A program made the translations under genes and the position numbers. Positions 55,725 through 64,000 of a stretch of 64,000 nucleotides of DNA are shown here, one piece after another. This DNA is from an uncultured Erysipelotrichaceae bacterium (GTDB lineage: Bacteria > Bacillota_I > Bacilli_A > RF39 > UBA660): positions 1,925-65,924 of the forward strand of contig CADCJQ010000002.1 in the NCBI GenBank assembly GCA_902801795.1, read 5' to 3'. Within the stretch, counting starts at the first letter, position 1; each line of letters opens with the position of its first letter. A model generated the notes under the pieces. It was not told where the DNA came from, made no database searches, and was given only the letters and a program-made list of their open reading frames with translations.

Positions 55725-56813
55725 ATGATAAATGATAAAAATGTAAAATATTTAATAATTGGATGTTTGATTTTTGCACTAGTGATTACGACATCGCTAT
55801 TTATTAAAGATGAACTTATGGATAATGATTATAATAATGAAATAAAATTAGCTGATGCTGTAACACAGTGTATGGATAGTTGTATGAATGCTGGTGTAGA
55901 GCGCTCTATTTGCCAAGCTAGTTGTTCAGGGGCTAAGTCATCGAATAGTCAATCATCTGGTCAAACATCCGTTGCAACAAAATGTATAGATAGTTGTATG
56001 AATGCTGGTGTAGAGCGCTCTATTTGCGAAGCAAGTTGTTCAGGGGCTAAGTCGAATAGTCAATCAACGGGTCAATCATCTATTGTAACAAAATGTATAG
56101 ATAGTTGTATAAATGCTGGTGTAGAGCGCTCTATTTGCGAAGCCAGTTGTTCAGGGGCTAAGTCGAATAGTCAATCAACGGGTCAATCATCTATTGTAAC
56201 AAAGTGTATAAATTCGTGTGTGAATGCTGGTGTGGATCGATCTACTTGTGAAGCAAGTTGTTCAGGGGCTAAGTCGAATAGTCAATCATCTCAAAATAAT
56301 AATTCAAATAATAATTCAAATAATAGTTCGAATAACAACAATACAAATAGTAATAGTCAACCACAAGAAGAAACTGCACAATGTTATGTTAGAAGAGATT
56401 CAGGTATAAATAATGAGTATTGTTATGGTACTAGTGAAACGTGTTCAGGATTTAGTGAAGTAGAAGTTGATAAAACAGAATCTGATTGTAATGAAAATGA
56501 TGCTTGTTATGAAAAAGCTGATGGAACATATGTTTTAGGAAAGTTTGATAAACAATCAGGATATCAATATTATGGAAGTACATGTCCAGGATGTTATGAA
56601 AAGGATAATGGAGATTATTATTGGACAAGTACACCAGCGACAAATGAAAAAGTAGTTCCTGGAATCAATACTTCTAATAAATGTATTACACCAAGTAAAT
56701 CTATTTTTAGTTCTAAAAAAATTATCTTTATTGCCTTAATAGTTGTTATATTGATAGCATTATTTGTAGTATTGAAGTCATTAAAGAATAATAATAAAAA
56801 TATTAATTATTAA
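55725..56813 (+). CDS. Short member of the cysteine-rich surface protein family (tandem 37-38-aa Cys repeats, Asn/Ser-rich linker, conserved C-terminal Cys module, TM anchor)
   Basis: 362 aa. N-terminal TM followed by NNEIKLAD. Four copies of KCIDSC.NAGVERSICEASCSGAKSNSQS. CYVRRDSGINNEYCYG...CPGCYEKDNGDYYWTSTP. TM plus a tail ending NINY. Confidence 0.75.
   Translation: MINDKNVKYLIIGCLIFALVITTSLFIKDELMDNDYNNEIKLADAVTQCMDSCMNAGVERSICQASCSGAKSSNSQSSGQTSVATKCIDSCMNAGVERSICEASCSGAKSNSQSTGQSSIVTKCIDSCINAGVERSICEASCSGAKSNSQSTGQSSIVTKCINSCVNAGVDRSTCEASCSGAKSNSQSSQNNNSNNNSNNSSNNNNTNSNSQPQEETAQCYVRRDSGINNEYCYGTSETCSGFSEVEVDKTESDCNENDACYEKADGTYVLGKFDKQSGYQYYGSTCPGCYEKDNGDYYWTSTPATNEKVVPGINTSNKCITPSKSIFSSKKIIFIALIVVILIALFVVLKSLKNNNKNINY
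55866..56290 (+). repeat. Tandem coding repeat array, about 3.8 copies of 111-114 nt
   Basis: The Cys codon phase recurs at 55869, 55983, 56094 and 56205. Copies 2 and 3 differ at only a couple of positions. Confidence 0.9.
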
Positions 56814-56820
56814 AAATTTG

Positions 56821-56850
56821 AAGAGTGAATTTATTAATTCATTCTTTTTT
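56821..56850 (+). terminator. Rho-independent terminator
   Basis: aagagtgaatt / aattcattctt stem (one G-U pair), 4-nt loop, T-run. Confidence 0.7.
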
Positions 56851-56928
56851 CTATAACGTCAAATTTAAGAAAACCTCTTTAATAAATAAGAAATTTATTT
56901 TATAATAAATGTAGAAGTAGGTGGTGTG

Positions 56929-57723
56929 ATGGTTAAAATACTTGAAGTTAAAAATTTGAATTATCAAATGTTTAAAAATATTAATTTATCATTTGAATGT
57001 AACACCATTTATTCAATTGTTGGACCAAATAATTGTGGAAAAACGTTACTTTTTAAATTATTAACAGGATTAATTAATACAGAAAATTATATTACATGTT
57101 ATAATATTACATTAAGTGATTTTAATAAAAATGAGTATATCAAAAATATTGGGGTGGTAGAATGTGTTAATAAAAAAAGTTTTCTTTTTAAAAATGTAAT
57201 TGATGAACTTGTATTTCCTTTATATAATTTAAATTATTCTAAAAGAGTAAGTTTAAATAGAATTAATAAAATGTTAGAATTATTTAAATTAGAAAATATT
57301 ATAAAAAAAAACATTAATGATTTAACTCTTTATGAAAAACAAAAATTATTGATTATTATTGCATTATTGCATAAACCTAAGGTTTTACTAATCGATAGTG
57401 CCTTAAATATTTTTGGTAGAAAAGAATGTCATGAAATAATGAACGTTTTAAGAAAATTAACTATTGATGAAGATTTATCCATTATTAATTTTACAAGTAA
57501 TCTTAATGAAAGTTTAGATAGCGATTATCTATTATTACTAAATAATTATCAAATATTAAAGGTTATTAAAAAAAGTGATTTAATTAATAATGATAAATTA
57601 TTTTATGAAAATAATTTAGAAATTCCTTTTATAATTGATTTGAACACTAAATTAAATTTATATAATTTAGTTAATAATACTTATAATGATGTGAAAGATT
57701 TGGTAAATGAGATATGGCAATAG
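56929..57723 (+). CDS. ecfA1: ECF-transporter ATPase EcfA1-like (by position) with degenerate signature, Walker B and H-loop
   Basis: Walker A GPNNCGKT is present. LSGGQ is replaced by LTLYEKQ, Walker B reads LLIDSA (no catalytic Glu), and no H-loop His is visible. Position matches ecfA-ecfA'-ecfT-truA-rplM-rpsI. Confidence 0.5.
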   Translation: MVKILEVKNLNYQMFKNINLSFECNTIYSIVGPNNCGKTLLFKLLTGLINTENYITCYNITLSDFNKNEYIKNIGVVECVNKKSFLFKNVIDELVFPLYNLNYSKRVSLNRINKMLELFKLENIIKKNINDLTLYEKQKLLIIIALLHKPKVLLIDSALNIFGRKECHEIMNVLRKLTIDEDLSIINFTSNLNESLDSDYLLLLNNYQILKVIKKSDLINNDKLFYENNLEIPFIIDLNTKLNLYNLVNNTYNDVKDLVNEIWQ

Positions 57724-58426
57724 TATTTAAAAACGTTAAGTTTAATAATAATAGTTTAATAATAATAGAAATATTTATCTAGATTCAAATATAATAATTG
57801 GTGTTATGGGGGATAATTATAGTGAATTTTTTAAATCATTAAGTGGACTAGATATTTATGTAATAGATAAAGAAAGTGAATTTTTTGAAAAGAAGGTATC
57901 GGATGAATTAATAAAATGTTATAAAAAAAAGAATGATGTTTCTTTAGACGAAGCCATTAATATAATAATTAATAGATTGTCTTTATCAAAGGATTTTTTA
58001 AGTAAGAATATTAAAGAACTATCTCATAGTGAAAAAAGAATTCTTAAATATTTAATATTATTTTTGATAAATCCTAAAATAATAGTAATTGATGAACCAT
58101 ATTTATATTTAGATTATGATATGAAGAAAAAAATAAGACTATTAATTAAAGAGATTATTAAAGAAAGTAAAAAAACAATTATAATAGGTAGTTGTGATAG
58201 TGATATTATTTATGAATTATCTCAAAAAATAATGTTAATAAATAATCATTCATTTTTATATGATGATACTAAAAAAGTATTTGAGAGTATTGAAGTTTTG
58301 AATGATTATAATATAGATGAACCGGAAATTGTTAGATTTGTAAGATTAGCCAGAGAAAAAGGTATTAATGTGGATTATACGAATGATATTCGTGATTTAA
58401 TAAAGGAAGTGTATAAAAATGTTTAA
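57714..58426 (+). pseudogene. ecfA2: EcfA2-like ATPase, frameshifted near the 5' end and lacking Walker A
   Basis: ATG 57714 (overlapping the ecfA1 stop) gives MAIVFKNVKFNNNS..., then a stop at 57780. The rest (NIYLDSNIIIGVMGDNYSEF...LSHSEKR...IIVIDEP) is in another frame that is open from 57755. GVMGDNYSEF occupies the P-loop position. Confidence 0.45.
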
Positions 58427-58928
58427 AAAAGAGAAAATAGATTTTACGTATCGTTTAGTTTGTTTGATAACTTTTTGCTTTGTTATTTTATTTTCTAATA
58501 ATATTTTAACTTTAGCGTTTTTAAGTTTTTTCTTCTTTTTGAGTACAAAAAATGAAAATAATTTTTTATATACAATCTTTTTCTTTTTAACATTTGTTTT
58601 CTTAACTTTTGACTATTTAGGTAATTTTAATTTCATCTTATCAAAATTTGTTATTATATTAAGTTATTTATATTATTTTTTAATTATTCCGAGTTTTTCT
58701 TCTAAAGTAAAGAGAAATGTTGATAACTATTTAAATAAAAAATTTCATATTGATGAACAAATTGATGAAACAAAAGATGATGATGTCGTTGATGATTATG
58801 ATTATATCCGATTTTCTAAAAATCGTAAGAAGAAAGTTATAAAGAAAAGTGATTTACCAACAACAATTTATGTAACATATCATCTTGTTATTTTGTTTTT
58901 AACAATTGTCTTAGGAGGATTTATTTAA
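58419..58928 (+). CDS. Small polytopic membrane protein in the EcfT position (shorter than a typical EcfT)
   Basis: 169 aa. Weak N-terminal resemblance to EcfT (IDFTYRLVCLITF...). The assignment is mainly positional. Confidence 0.3.
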   Translation: MFKKEKIDFTYRLVCLITFCFVILFSNNILTLAFLSFFFFLSTKNENNFLYTIFFFLTFVFLTFDYLGNFNFILSKFVIILSYLYYFLIIPSFSSKVKRNVDNYLNKKFHIDEQIDETKDDDVVDDYDYIRFSKNRKKKVIKKSDLPTTIYVTYHLVILFLTIVLGGFI

Positions 58929-58929
58929 A

Positions 58930-59661
58930 ATGAAGTATTTAATAACATTTTCATATGATGGAACTAACTTTAATGGTTATCAAAAACAAGAAGGTTTAAG
59001 GACGGTACAAGAAGAATTAGAAAAAGCATTGATGTTTATAAATAATGGTAATGAAACAATTGTTGTTAGTAGTGGGAGAACTGATAAAGGGGTTCATGCG
59101 TTATGTCAGAAAGCACATGTGTCTCTTGATGTTATGATTACGGAATATAAGTTAATGCGAGCAATGAATTCTAATTTACCAGACGATATTCATGTAATAA
59201 AAACAGAAAAGGTTTCGGATGACTTTCATGCAAGATACATGGTAAAAGAAAAAGAATATAAGTATTTTTTAAATATGGGAGAATATAATCCCTTAATGCG
59301 AAATTATGTTTTTCAATATTGTAAGAAGTTAGATGTTAATAAAATGAAGGAAGCAATAAATTATTTTTTAGGAATTCATAGTTTTAAAAGTTTTACACCT
59401 AGTAAAGATGTAAGAAATAATTATATAAGAGAAATAACTTATGTAAATATTGATGAAAAAAATGATGTTTTAGTATTTACCTTTCGTGGAAATGGTTTTA
59501 TAAAGTATCAAATAAGGAATATGGTTGGTTATTTAATAAAAGTAGGTGAAGGAAAAAAAGATGGAAGATTGATACCGGATATTTTAAAGAAAGAAGATAG
59601 AAGATATGCTAGTATTACGGCACATCCGGAAGGATTATGTTTAACTGATGTTAAATATTAA
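58930..59661 (+). CDS. truA: tRNA pseudouridine(38-40) synthase TruA
   Basis: YDGTNFNGYQKQ and SSGRTDKGVHA catalytic Asp motifs. Confidence 0.9.
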   Translation: MKYLITFSYDGTNFNGYQKQEGLRTVQEELEKALMFINNGNETIVVSSGRTDKGVHALCQKAHVSLDVMITEYKLMRAMNSNLPDDIHVIKTEKVSDDFHARYMVKEKEYKYFLNMGEYNPLMRNYVFQYCKKLDVNKMKEAINYFLGIHSFKSFTPSKDVRNNYIREITYVNIDEKNDVLVFTFRGNGFIKYQIRNMVGYLIKVGEGKKDGRLIPDILKKEDRRYASITAHPEGLCLTDVKY

Positions 59662-59681
59662 ATTATATAATAGGAGAAAAT

Positions 59682-60350
59682 ATGAAAAAAGATTTTTGTG
59701 AGGAATTAAAAGAGGTTTATAAAAATGATTTGTTTGATAATGAAATGATTAAGTATCATATAAATGGGTTAATGGATATATTGGAATTAAATTATTGTGA
59801 TGGCATTATTAAACAAAAAGGATTTTATCCGATTGTTGATGAGAAAGATAATAAATATATATGTGATGATGTTATTAAAACTATCGATAATCATCAAATT
59901 CGTATTATGCGTTGTAAGAGAGAGAAAGATGAATTTTTAAGAATTATTGGTGTTAAAGATGATCTTCATTTTTGTTTAGATGAGCATTATACAAATCGCA
60001 GGTTAAAAAATGAAAAAGTTAATTTTGAATTAAAATTAAAGATTGATAGTAAAGAAAAAGAATATTTTGTTGATGTTAATAATGCTAATGGCTGTACTTA
60101 TTATAAATTTAAAAGATTTTTGGTTGGTGAATATTATTCAGATATTATTAGTTTTATTGTTAAAAGAAATGATTTTGAAGGGGTTTTAAGTATTATTATG
60201 AAATTTTTAGAAAATCCGGATTATGTTATTAATATGTACTTATTAAGAAAGAAAAATGATGTATTTTTTATGGAAGGTGCTAATACATACTTAGAAAATG
60301 ACATAATTATGGATAAAAATGGTAAAAAATATGAAAAAGTCATTAAATAG
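59682..60350 (+). CDS. Hypothetical protein
   Basis: 222 aa with GGAG upstream. No motif recognised. Sits between truA and rplM. Confidence 0.5.
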   Translation: MKKDFCEELKEVYKNDLFDNEMIKYHINGLMDILELNYCDGIIKQKGFYPIVDEKDNKYICDDVIKTIDNHQIRIMRCKREKDEFLRIIGVKDDLHFCLDEHYTNRRLKNEKVNFELKLKIDSKEKEYFVDVNNANGCTYYKFKRFLVGEYYSDIISFIVKRNDFEGVLSIIMKFLENPDYVINMYLLRKKNDVFFMEGANTYLENDIIMDKNGKKYEKVIK

Positions 60351-60364
60351 TTAAAAATAATGAT

Positions 60365-60393
60365 TGACAAGATATAGTAATTCGAGTATAATC
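60365..60393 (+). promoter_or_regulatory. Consensus sigma-A promoter for rplM-rpsI
   Basis: TTGACA, 17 nt, TATAAT. The 80-nt leader (60394-60473) contains the hairpin aaatttggt...accaaattt and could be an L13-type ribosomal leader. Confidence 0.6.
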
Positions 60394-60473
60394 TTTATCG
60401 GTACATTGAAATTCCCTGTGAAATTTGGTATTGGGAACACCAAATTTTATGAGAAGAAGGAGAAAAAATTAAA

Positions 60474-60905
60474 ATGAAAAGTTTTATGCAAAAAAAGGAA
60501 GAAGTAGTTCGTTCTTGGTATGTAATTGATGCTTCTGGAAAATCACTTGGACGTGTTGCAACACTAGCAGCTCATATATTACGTGGAAAGAATAAACCTA
60601 CTTATACTCCACATATTGATTGTGGTGATTATGTTATTATTATTAATGCTAAAAAAGTTAATTTAACTGGAAACAAATTAGAAGATAAGATGTATTATAA
60701 TCATTCTATGTATCCAGGTGGATTAAGAGAAAGAAATGCTAAGACGATGCGTGAAGATTATCCAGTAGAAATGCTAGAACGTGCAGTAAATGGAATGCTT
60801 CCACATAATCGTTTAGGTCGTGCAATGGGGAAGAAATTATTCGTTTATGAAGGAGAAAATCATCCTCATACAGCACAAAAACCAGTAAGCATTGAGGTTA
60901 AATAG
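60474..60905 (+). CDS. rplM: 50S ribosomal protein L13
   Basis: [16 protein letters not shown]...KPTYTPH...GD.VIIINA. Confidence 0.95.
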   Translation: MKSFMQKKEEVVRSWYVIDASGKSLGRVATLAAHILRGKNKPTYTPHIDCGDYVIIINAKKVNLTGNKLEDKMYYNHSMYPGGLRERNAKTMREDYPVEMLERAVNGMLPHNRLGRAMGKKLFVYEGENHPHTAQKPVSIEVK

Positions 60906-60913
60906 GAGGAACT

Positions 60914-61330
60914 ATGAAGAAAAATACATATTATGGAACAGGTAGAAGAAAAGGTGCAATTGCTAAAGTTACTTTAGTTAATGGTACTGGTAAAATTACT
61001 GTTAATGGAAAAGATGTTCATGAATATTTACCTTTTGAAACATTAGTAATGGATTTATCTCAACCATTAGATATTACTAATACAAAAGATATTTTTGATG
61101 TTGATGCTAAAGTATCTGGTGGAGGATTTCGTGGACAAGCTGGTGCTATTCGTTTAGGAATTACAAGAGCACTTCTTGAATATGATAAAACAACTAGTGC
61201 TGATAGTGAAAATAATTTAAGAAAACCATTAAAAACTGCTGGTATGATTACACGTGATGCTAGAGTTAAAGAACGTAAGAAATATGGTCTTAAGAAAGCA
61301 CGTAGAGCTCCACAATTTAGTAAGAGATAG
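60914..61330 (+). CDS. rpsI: 30S ribosomal protein S9
   Basis: [14 protein letters not shown]...[19 protein letters not shown]...[24 protein letters not shown]. Confidence 0.95.
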   Translation: MKKNTYYGTGRRKGAIAKVTLVNGTGKITVNGKDVHEYLPFETLVMDLSQPLDITNTKDIFDVDAKVSGGGFRGQAGAIRLGITRALLEYDKTTSADSENNLRKPLKTAGMITRDARVKERKKYGLKKARRAPQFSKR

Positions 61331-61338
61331 TATTATGG

Positions 61339-61364
61339 AAAAGTTCGATTATTCGGACTTTTTT
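61339..61364 (+). terminator. Rho-independent terminator after rpsI
   Basis: aaaagttcg / cggactttt stem followed by a T-run. Confidence 0.6.
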
Positions 61365-61401
61365 CAATACTAAAATAAATTGATTTTAGGAAGGTTAAAT
61401 A

Positions 61402-61683
61402 ATGAATGAGGAACTAAGAAGACATATTAATAATGAATTTGAAAGAAAATTTGGTATTTCCTTGGATGAATTTGAAATATTAGAATTTGAAGAGCAACAA
61501 AAATTAATTAAAAAAAATAAAAAATCTATTAAAAAAGATAATATAGTGATGATTGGTAGTGGCGAACACGCTGTATTTGTAGAGATGAACAATGGCGATA
61601 CTTTTGAAAAATCAAGAAATCAATTAGAGGATAAATGGAATGATATTTCTAAACCAGTTGTATTTGTAAAAAAAACTAACTAG
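61402..61683 (+). CDS. Hypothetical small protein
   Basis: 93 aa with GGAAGG upstream. No motif recognised. Confidence 0.45.
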   Translation: MNEELRRHINNEFERKFGISLDEFEILEFEEQQKLIKKNKKSIKKDNIVMIGSGEHAVFVEMNNGDTFEKSRNQLEDKWNDISKPVVFVKKTN

Positions 61684-61885
61684 AAAAAATAGAAATAGAT
61701 GAGATTTTATAGAAGAAATATAATTTTGGAAAATACTGTAAATTAAATATTAAAGAATTAATTTATTAAGAAATAGCAATAGTAAAAAAAGTTATTCACA
61801 TTTTTAGTGGATAACTTTTTCTTCGCTTGACTAATTTTTATACTTATAGTATTATTTAGATAACAAAGAGAAATGGAGGAAGAAT

Positions 61886-62560
61886 ATGGATTTAATATCT
61901 TTAATACTTTTATTGGGAGCAAGTTTAATAACAATTGGAGCATCTGCTTATATTAGAACGAATTATACTAAATTTAAAAAAGTTGGGGTTAGTAGTCAAA
62001 TGACTGGTTATGATGTTGCTAGAGAAATACTTAATCGTAATGAATTATCACATATTTTAATAATTGAAACTTCGGGAGAGTTAACTGATCATTATGATCC
62101 AACGAAGAAGGTAGTGAAGTTATCACATGACATTTATCATGGAAAAAGCATTGCTGCTGTTTCTGTTGCTGCTCATGAATGTGGTCATGCTCTACAAGAT
62201 AAAGATGGTTATGCTTTTTTAAAATTTCGTAGTAGTATTGTTCCTCTTGTTAATTTTGCAACTAAAATAGGTTATGTAGCCATTTTATTAGGATTTATTT
62301 TAAGTCTTGTTAATCTTGTTTGGCTTGGAATTGCTTTTGAAATGATTATTTTAGTTTTTCAATTAGTTACTTTACCAGTGGAATTTGATGCTTCAAATCG
62401 TGCTTTAAAATTAATTGAAGAATATTCTTTTGTTAATAAACACGAACATGATGGTGCAAAAACAATGTTAACATCAGCTGCTCTTACATATGTCGCAAGT
62501 GTTGTTGCAACGGTTATGGAATTATTACGTCTTGTATTATCGATTTCAAGGAGAAATTAA
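61886..62560 (+). CDS. Putative neutral zinc metallopeptidase (Zn_peptidase_2 / YugP-like)
   Basis: N-terminal TM, AAHECGHALQD and C-terminal TMs. GGAGGA upstream. Confidence 0.8.
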   Translation: MDLISLILLLGASLITIGASAYIRTNYTKFKKVGVSSQMTGYDVAREILNRNELSHILIIETSGELTDHYDPTKKVVKLSHDIYHGKSIAAVSVAAHECGHALQDKDGYAFLKFRSSIVPLVNFATKIGYVAILLGFILSLVNLVWLGIAFEMIILVFQLVTLPVEFDASNRALKLIEEYSFVNKHEHDGAKTMLTSAALTYVASVVATVMELLRLVLSISRRN

Positions 62561-62943
62561 TGACAAAAGAAATTAATTCATTGGTACTTGCTTATTTGGG
62601 CGATACCATTTATGAAGATTATATTAGAGAATATTTAATTAAAAAGGGGATAAGTAATGTTAATGATTTACAAAAAGAGGCTATAAAGTATGTTAGTGCT
62701 ATCTCGCAAGCAAAGTATTTAGAAAAATTAGTTATGGCTAATTTTTTTAATGGAGAAGAATTAGACATTATAAGGAGAGCAAGAAATCATAAATGTAATT
62801 CACATCCTAGAAATTGTGATATTGTAACTTATAAAAAAGCGACGGGATTTGAGGCTTTAATTGGTTATTTAAAATTAGAAAATCAAGATAAGAGAATTGA
62901 TGAAATTATGAAAGAAATATTAAATAGTAGTATGGAGGATTAA
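62560..62943 (+). CDS. mrnC: Mini-ribonuclease 3
   Basis: 127 aa. LAYLGDTIYEDYIREYL and ATGFEALIGYL RNase III-type motifs. Confidence 0.85.
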   Translation: MTKEINSLVLAYLGDTIYEDYIREYLIKKGISNVNDLQKEAIKYVSAISQAKYLEKLVMANFFNGEELDIIRRARNHKCNSHPRNCDIVTYKKATGFEALIGYLKLENQDKRIDEIMKEILNSSMED

Positions 62944-64000
62944 ATGGTTTATTTAGATTATTCAGCAACTACCCCTGTTGATAGGAGAGTATTAGAAAGT
63001 TTTGATAGAACAGCTCTTGAATACATAGGAAATCCTAATTCTCTACATTTAGAGGGAGTTAAATCTAAAAAATTAATGGATGCTGCAACGCATCAAGTTG
63101 CAGAATTATTACATGTTAAAGATAATGAAGTTATTTTTACTAGTGGTGCATCGGAATCTAATAATTTAGCGATCAAGGGTGTTATTAATAAATATCTTAA
63201 TCGAGGAAAAACAATTATTACAACAAAATTAGAACACGCTAGTATTTTAGAACCATTAAATTATTTAAAAGAAAAAGGATATACTATTAAATATATTAAA
63301 ATTGATAAAGATGGTTTAGTGGATATTGATGAATTAAAAAAAATGCTTGATGATGATACTATTTTAGTTAGTATAGGAGAAGTAAATAGTGAAATTGGTA
63401 TTGTTCAAAATGTTGGTGAAATAGGATTATTATTAAAAGAATATCCAAGAATTATTTTTCATGTTGATGGAACACAAGCTGTTGGTAAAAAAAGTATTAA
63501 TTTAGAAAATATTGATTTATATACTTTTTCCGGACATAAAATATATGGATTAAAAGGAATTGGATGTTTGATAAAAAAAGAACATGTTACCTTAGAACCA
63601 TTAATTCATGGTGGGAAAAGTCAAAGTATATTTCGTGCGGGAACTCCAGCTCTTCCTTTGATTGTATCTTTTGCAAAAGCTTTAAAATTAATTATTAATG
63701 ATTTAGAATTTAATTATCGATATGTAAGTGGGTTAAATGATAGATTAATAAAAGGATTAAAAAATATTGATGGTGTTATTGTTAATAGTAATGAAAAATG
63801 CCTACCACATATTGTTAATATTAGTATTACAGGTATTAAACCTGAAACGATGCTTCATGCTCTTGAAGAAGACGAGATATATGTATCAACTAAAACAGCT
63901 TGTTCTTCCGATGATGATCTATCAATAGGTGTTTATGAATTAACTAATGATGAAGAAAGAGCAAGAAGTTCAATAAGGATAAGCATATCACATTTGACGA
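62944..64000 (+). CDS. Cysteine desulfurase (NifS/IscS class V aminotransferase), partial; runs off the window
   Basis: Not in the ORF track because it is open-ended. ATG at 62944. MVYLDYSATTPVD, FTSGASESNN, HVDGTQAVGK (PLP Lys region), SGHKIYG. Confidence 0.85.
   Translation, partial: MVYLDYSATTPVDRRVLESFDRTALEYIGNPNSLHLEGVKSKKLMDAATHQVAELLHVKDNEVIFTSGASESNNLAIKGVINKYLNRGKTIITTKLEHASILEPLNYLKEKGYTIKYIKIDKDGLVDIDELKKMLDDDTILVSIGEVNSEIGIVQNVGEIGLLLKEYPRIIFHVDGTQAVGKKSINLENIDLYTFSGHKIYGLKGIGCLIKKEHVTLEPLIHGGKSQSIFRAGTPALPLIVSFAKALKLIINDLEFNYRYVSGLNDRLIKGLKNIDGVIVNSNEKCLPHIVNISITGIKPETMLHALEEDEIYVSTKTACSSDDDLSIGVYELTNDEERARSSIRISISHLT

Noticed and set aside
55866-56290. Regularly spaced direct repeats that could superficially resemble a CRISPR array.
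   Set aside because: The units are 111-114 nt, contiguous with no unique spacers, in frame and translated as a 4-Cys peptide repeat inside ORF 55725-56813. No cas genes are present in the window.
1-64000. Prophage, transposon, integrative element or CRISPR-Cas/restriction-modification defence island.
   Set aside because: No integrase, transposase, recombinase, terminase, capsid, cas or methyltransferase/restriction motifs were recognisable in any frame. The accessory segments are bounded by short direct repeats rather than inverted repeats or att-like tRNA sites.

Overview
Strongly AT-rich, low-GC Firmicutes-type chromosomal window using the standard code (TGA is a stop, for example at the deoC end). 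The Asn/Lys/Ile-rich proteins and the gene order (ftsEX, rpsD, murE, asnS and tyrS behind T-boxes, rlmB plus a SigH-like sigma, ecfA-ecfA'-ecfT-truA-rplM-rpsI, mini-RNase III) suggest an Erysipelotrichia/Bacilli-like lineage. I cannot assign a species. I saw no rRNA, tRNA, CRISPR array, transposase or integrase. Housekeeping genes are interrupted by several accessory segments:

1. **Cysteine-rich surface protein family.** This is my best candidate for an undescribed system. The proteins have an N-terminal hydrophobic segment, eukaryote-style CXXC (ephrin-receptor-like / Giardia-VSP-like) repeats, a Cna-B-like domain, a conserved C-terminal Cys module and a C-terminal TM anchor. They form a cluster at 50.1-56.8 kb, with a distant paralog at 17.7-19.6 kb. 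The cluster contains internal tandem repeats and one member split by an out-of-frame 358-nt duplication.
2. **Three co-oriented sigma-70 genes (6.8-11.2 kb).** Two of them carry the same extra C-terminal module.
3. **Covalently duplicated ClpX-like AAA+ protein.** It sits next to a phosphoglycerate-mutase-like protein whose catalytic residues look replaced.
4. **Effector-like island (41.7-48.2 kb)** between tyrS and rlmB. It holds a WXG100-like small protein, several small helical proteins, a 945-aa protein ending in a papain-like Cys/His pattern, and a perfect 42-nt terminator repeat bracketing the first cassette.
5. **ECF-transporter ATPase pair** in the canonical position, but with eroded nucleotide-binding motifs and a frameshift.

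All functional calls come from reading the translated ORFs for motifs and synteny. No database search was run.
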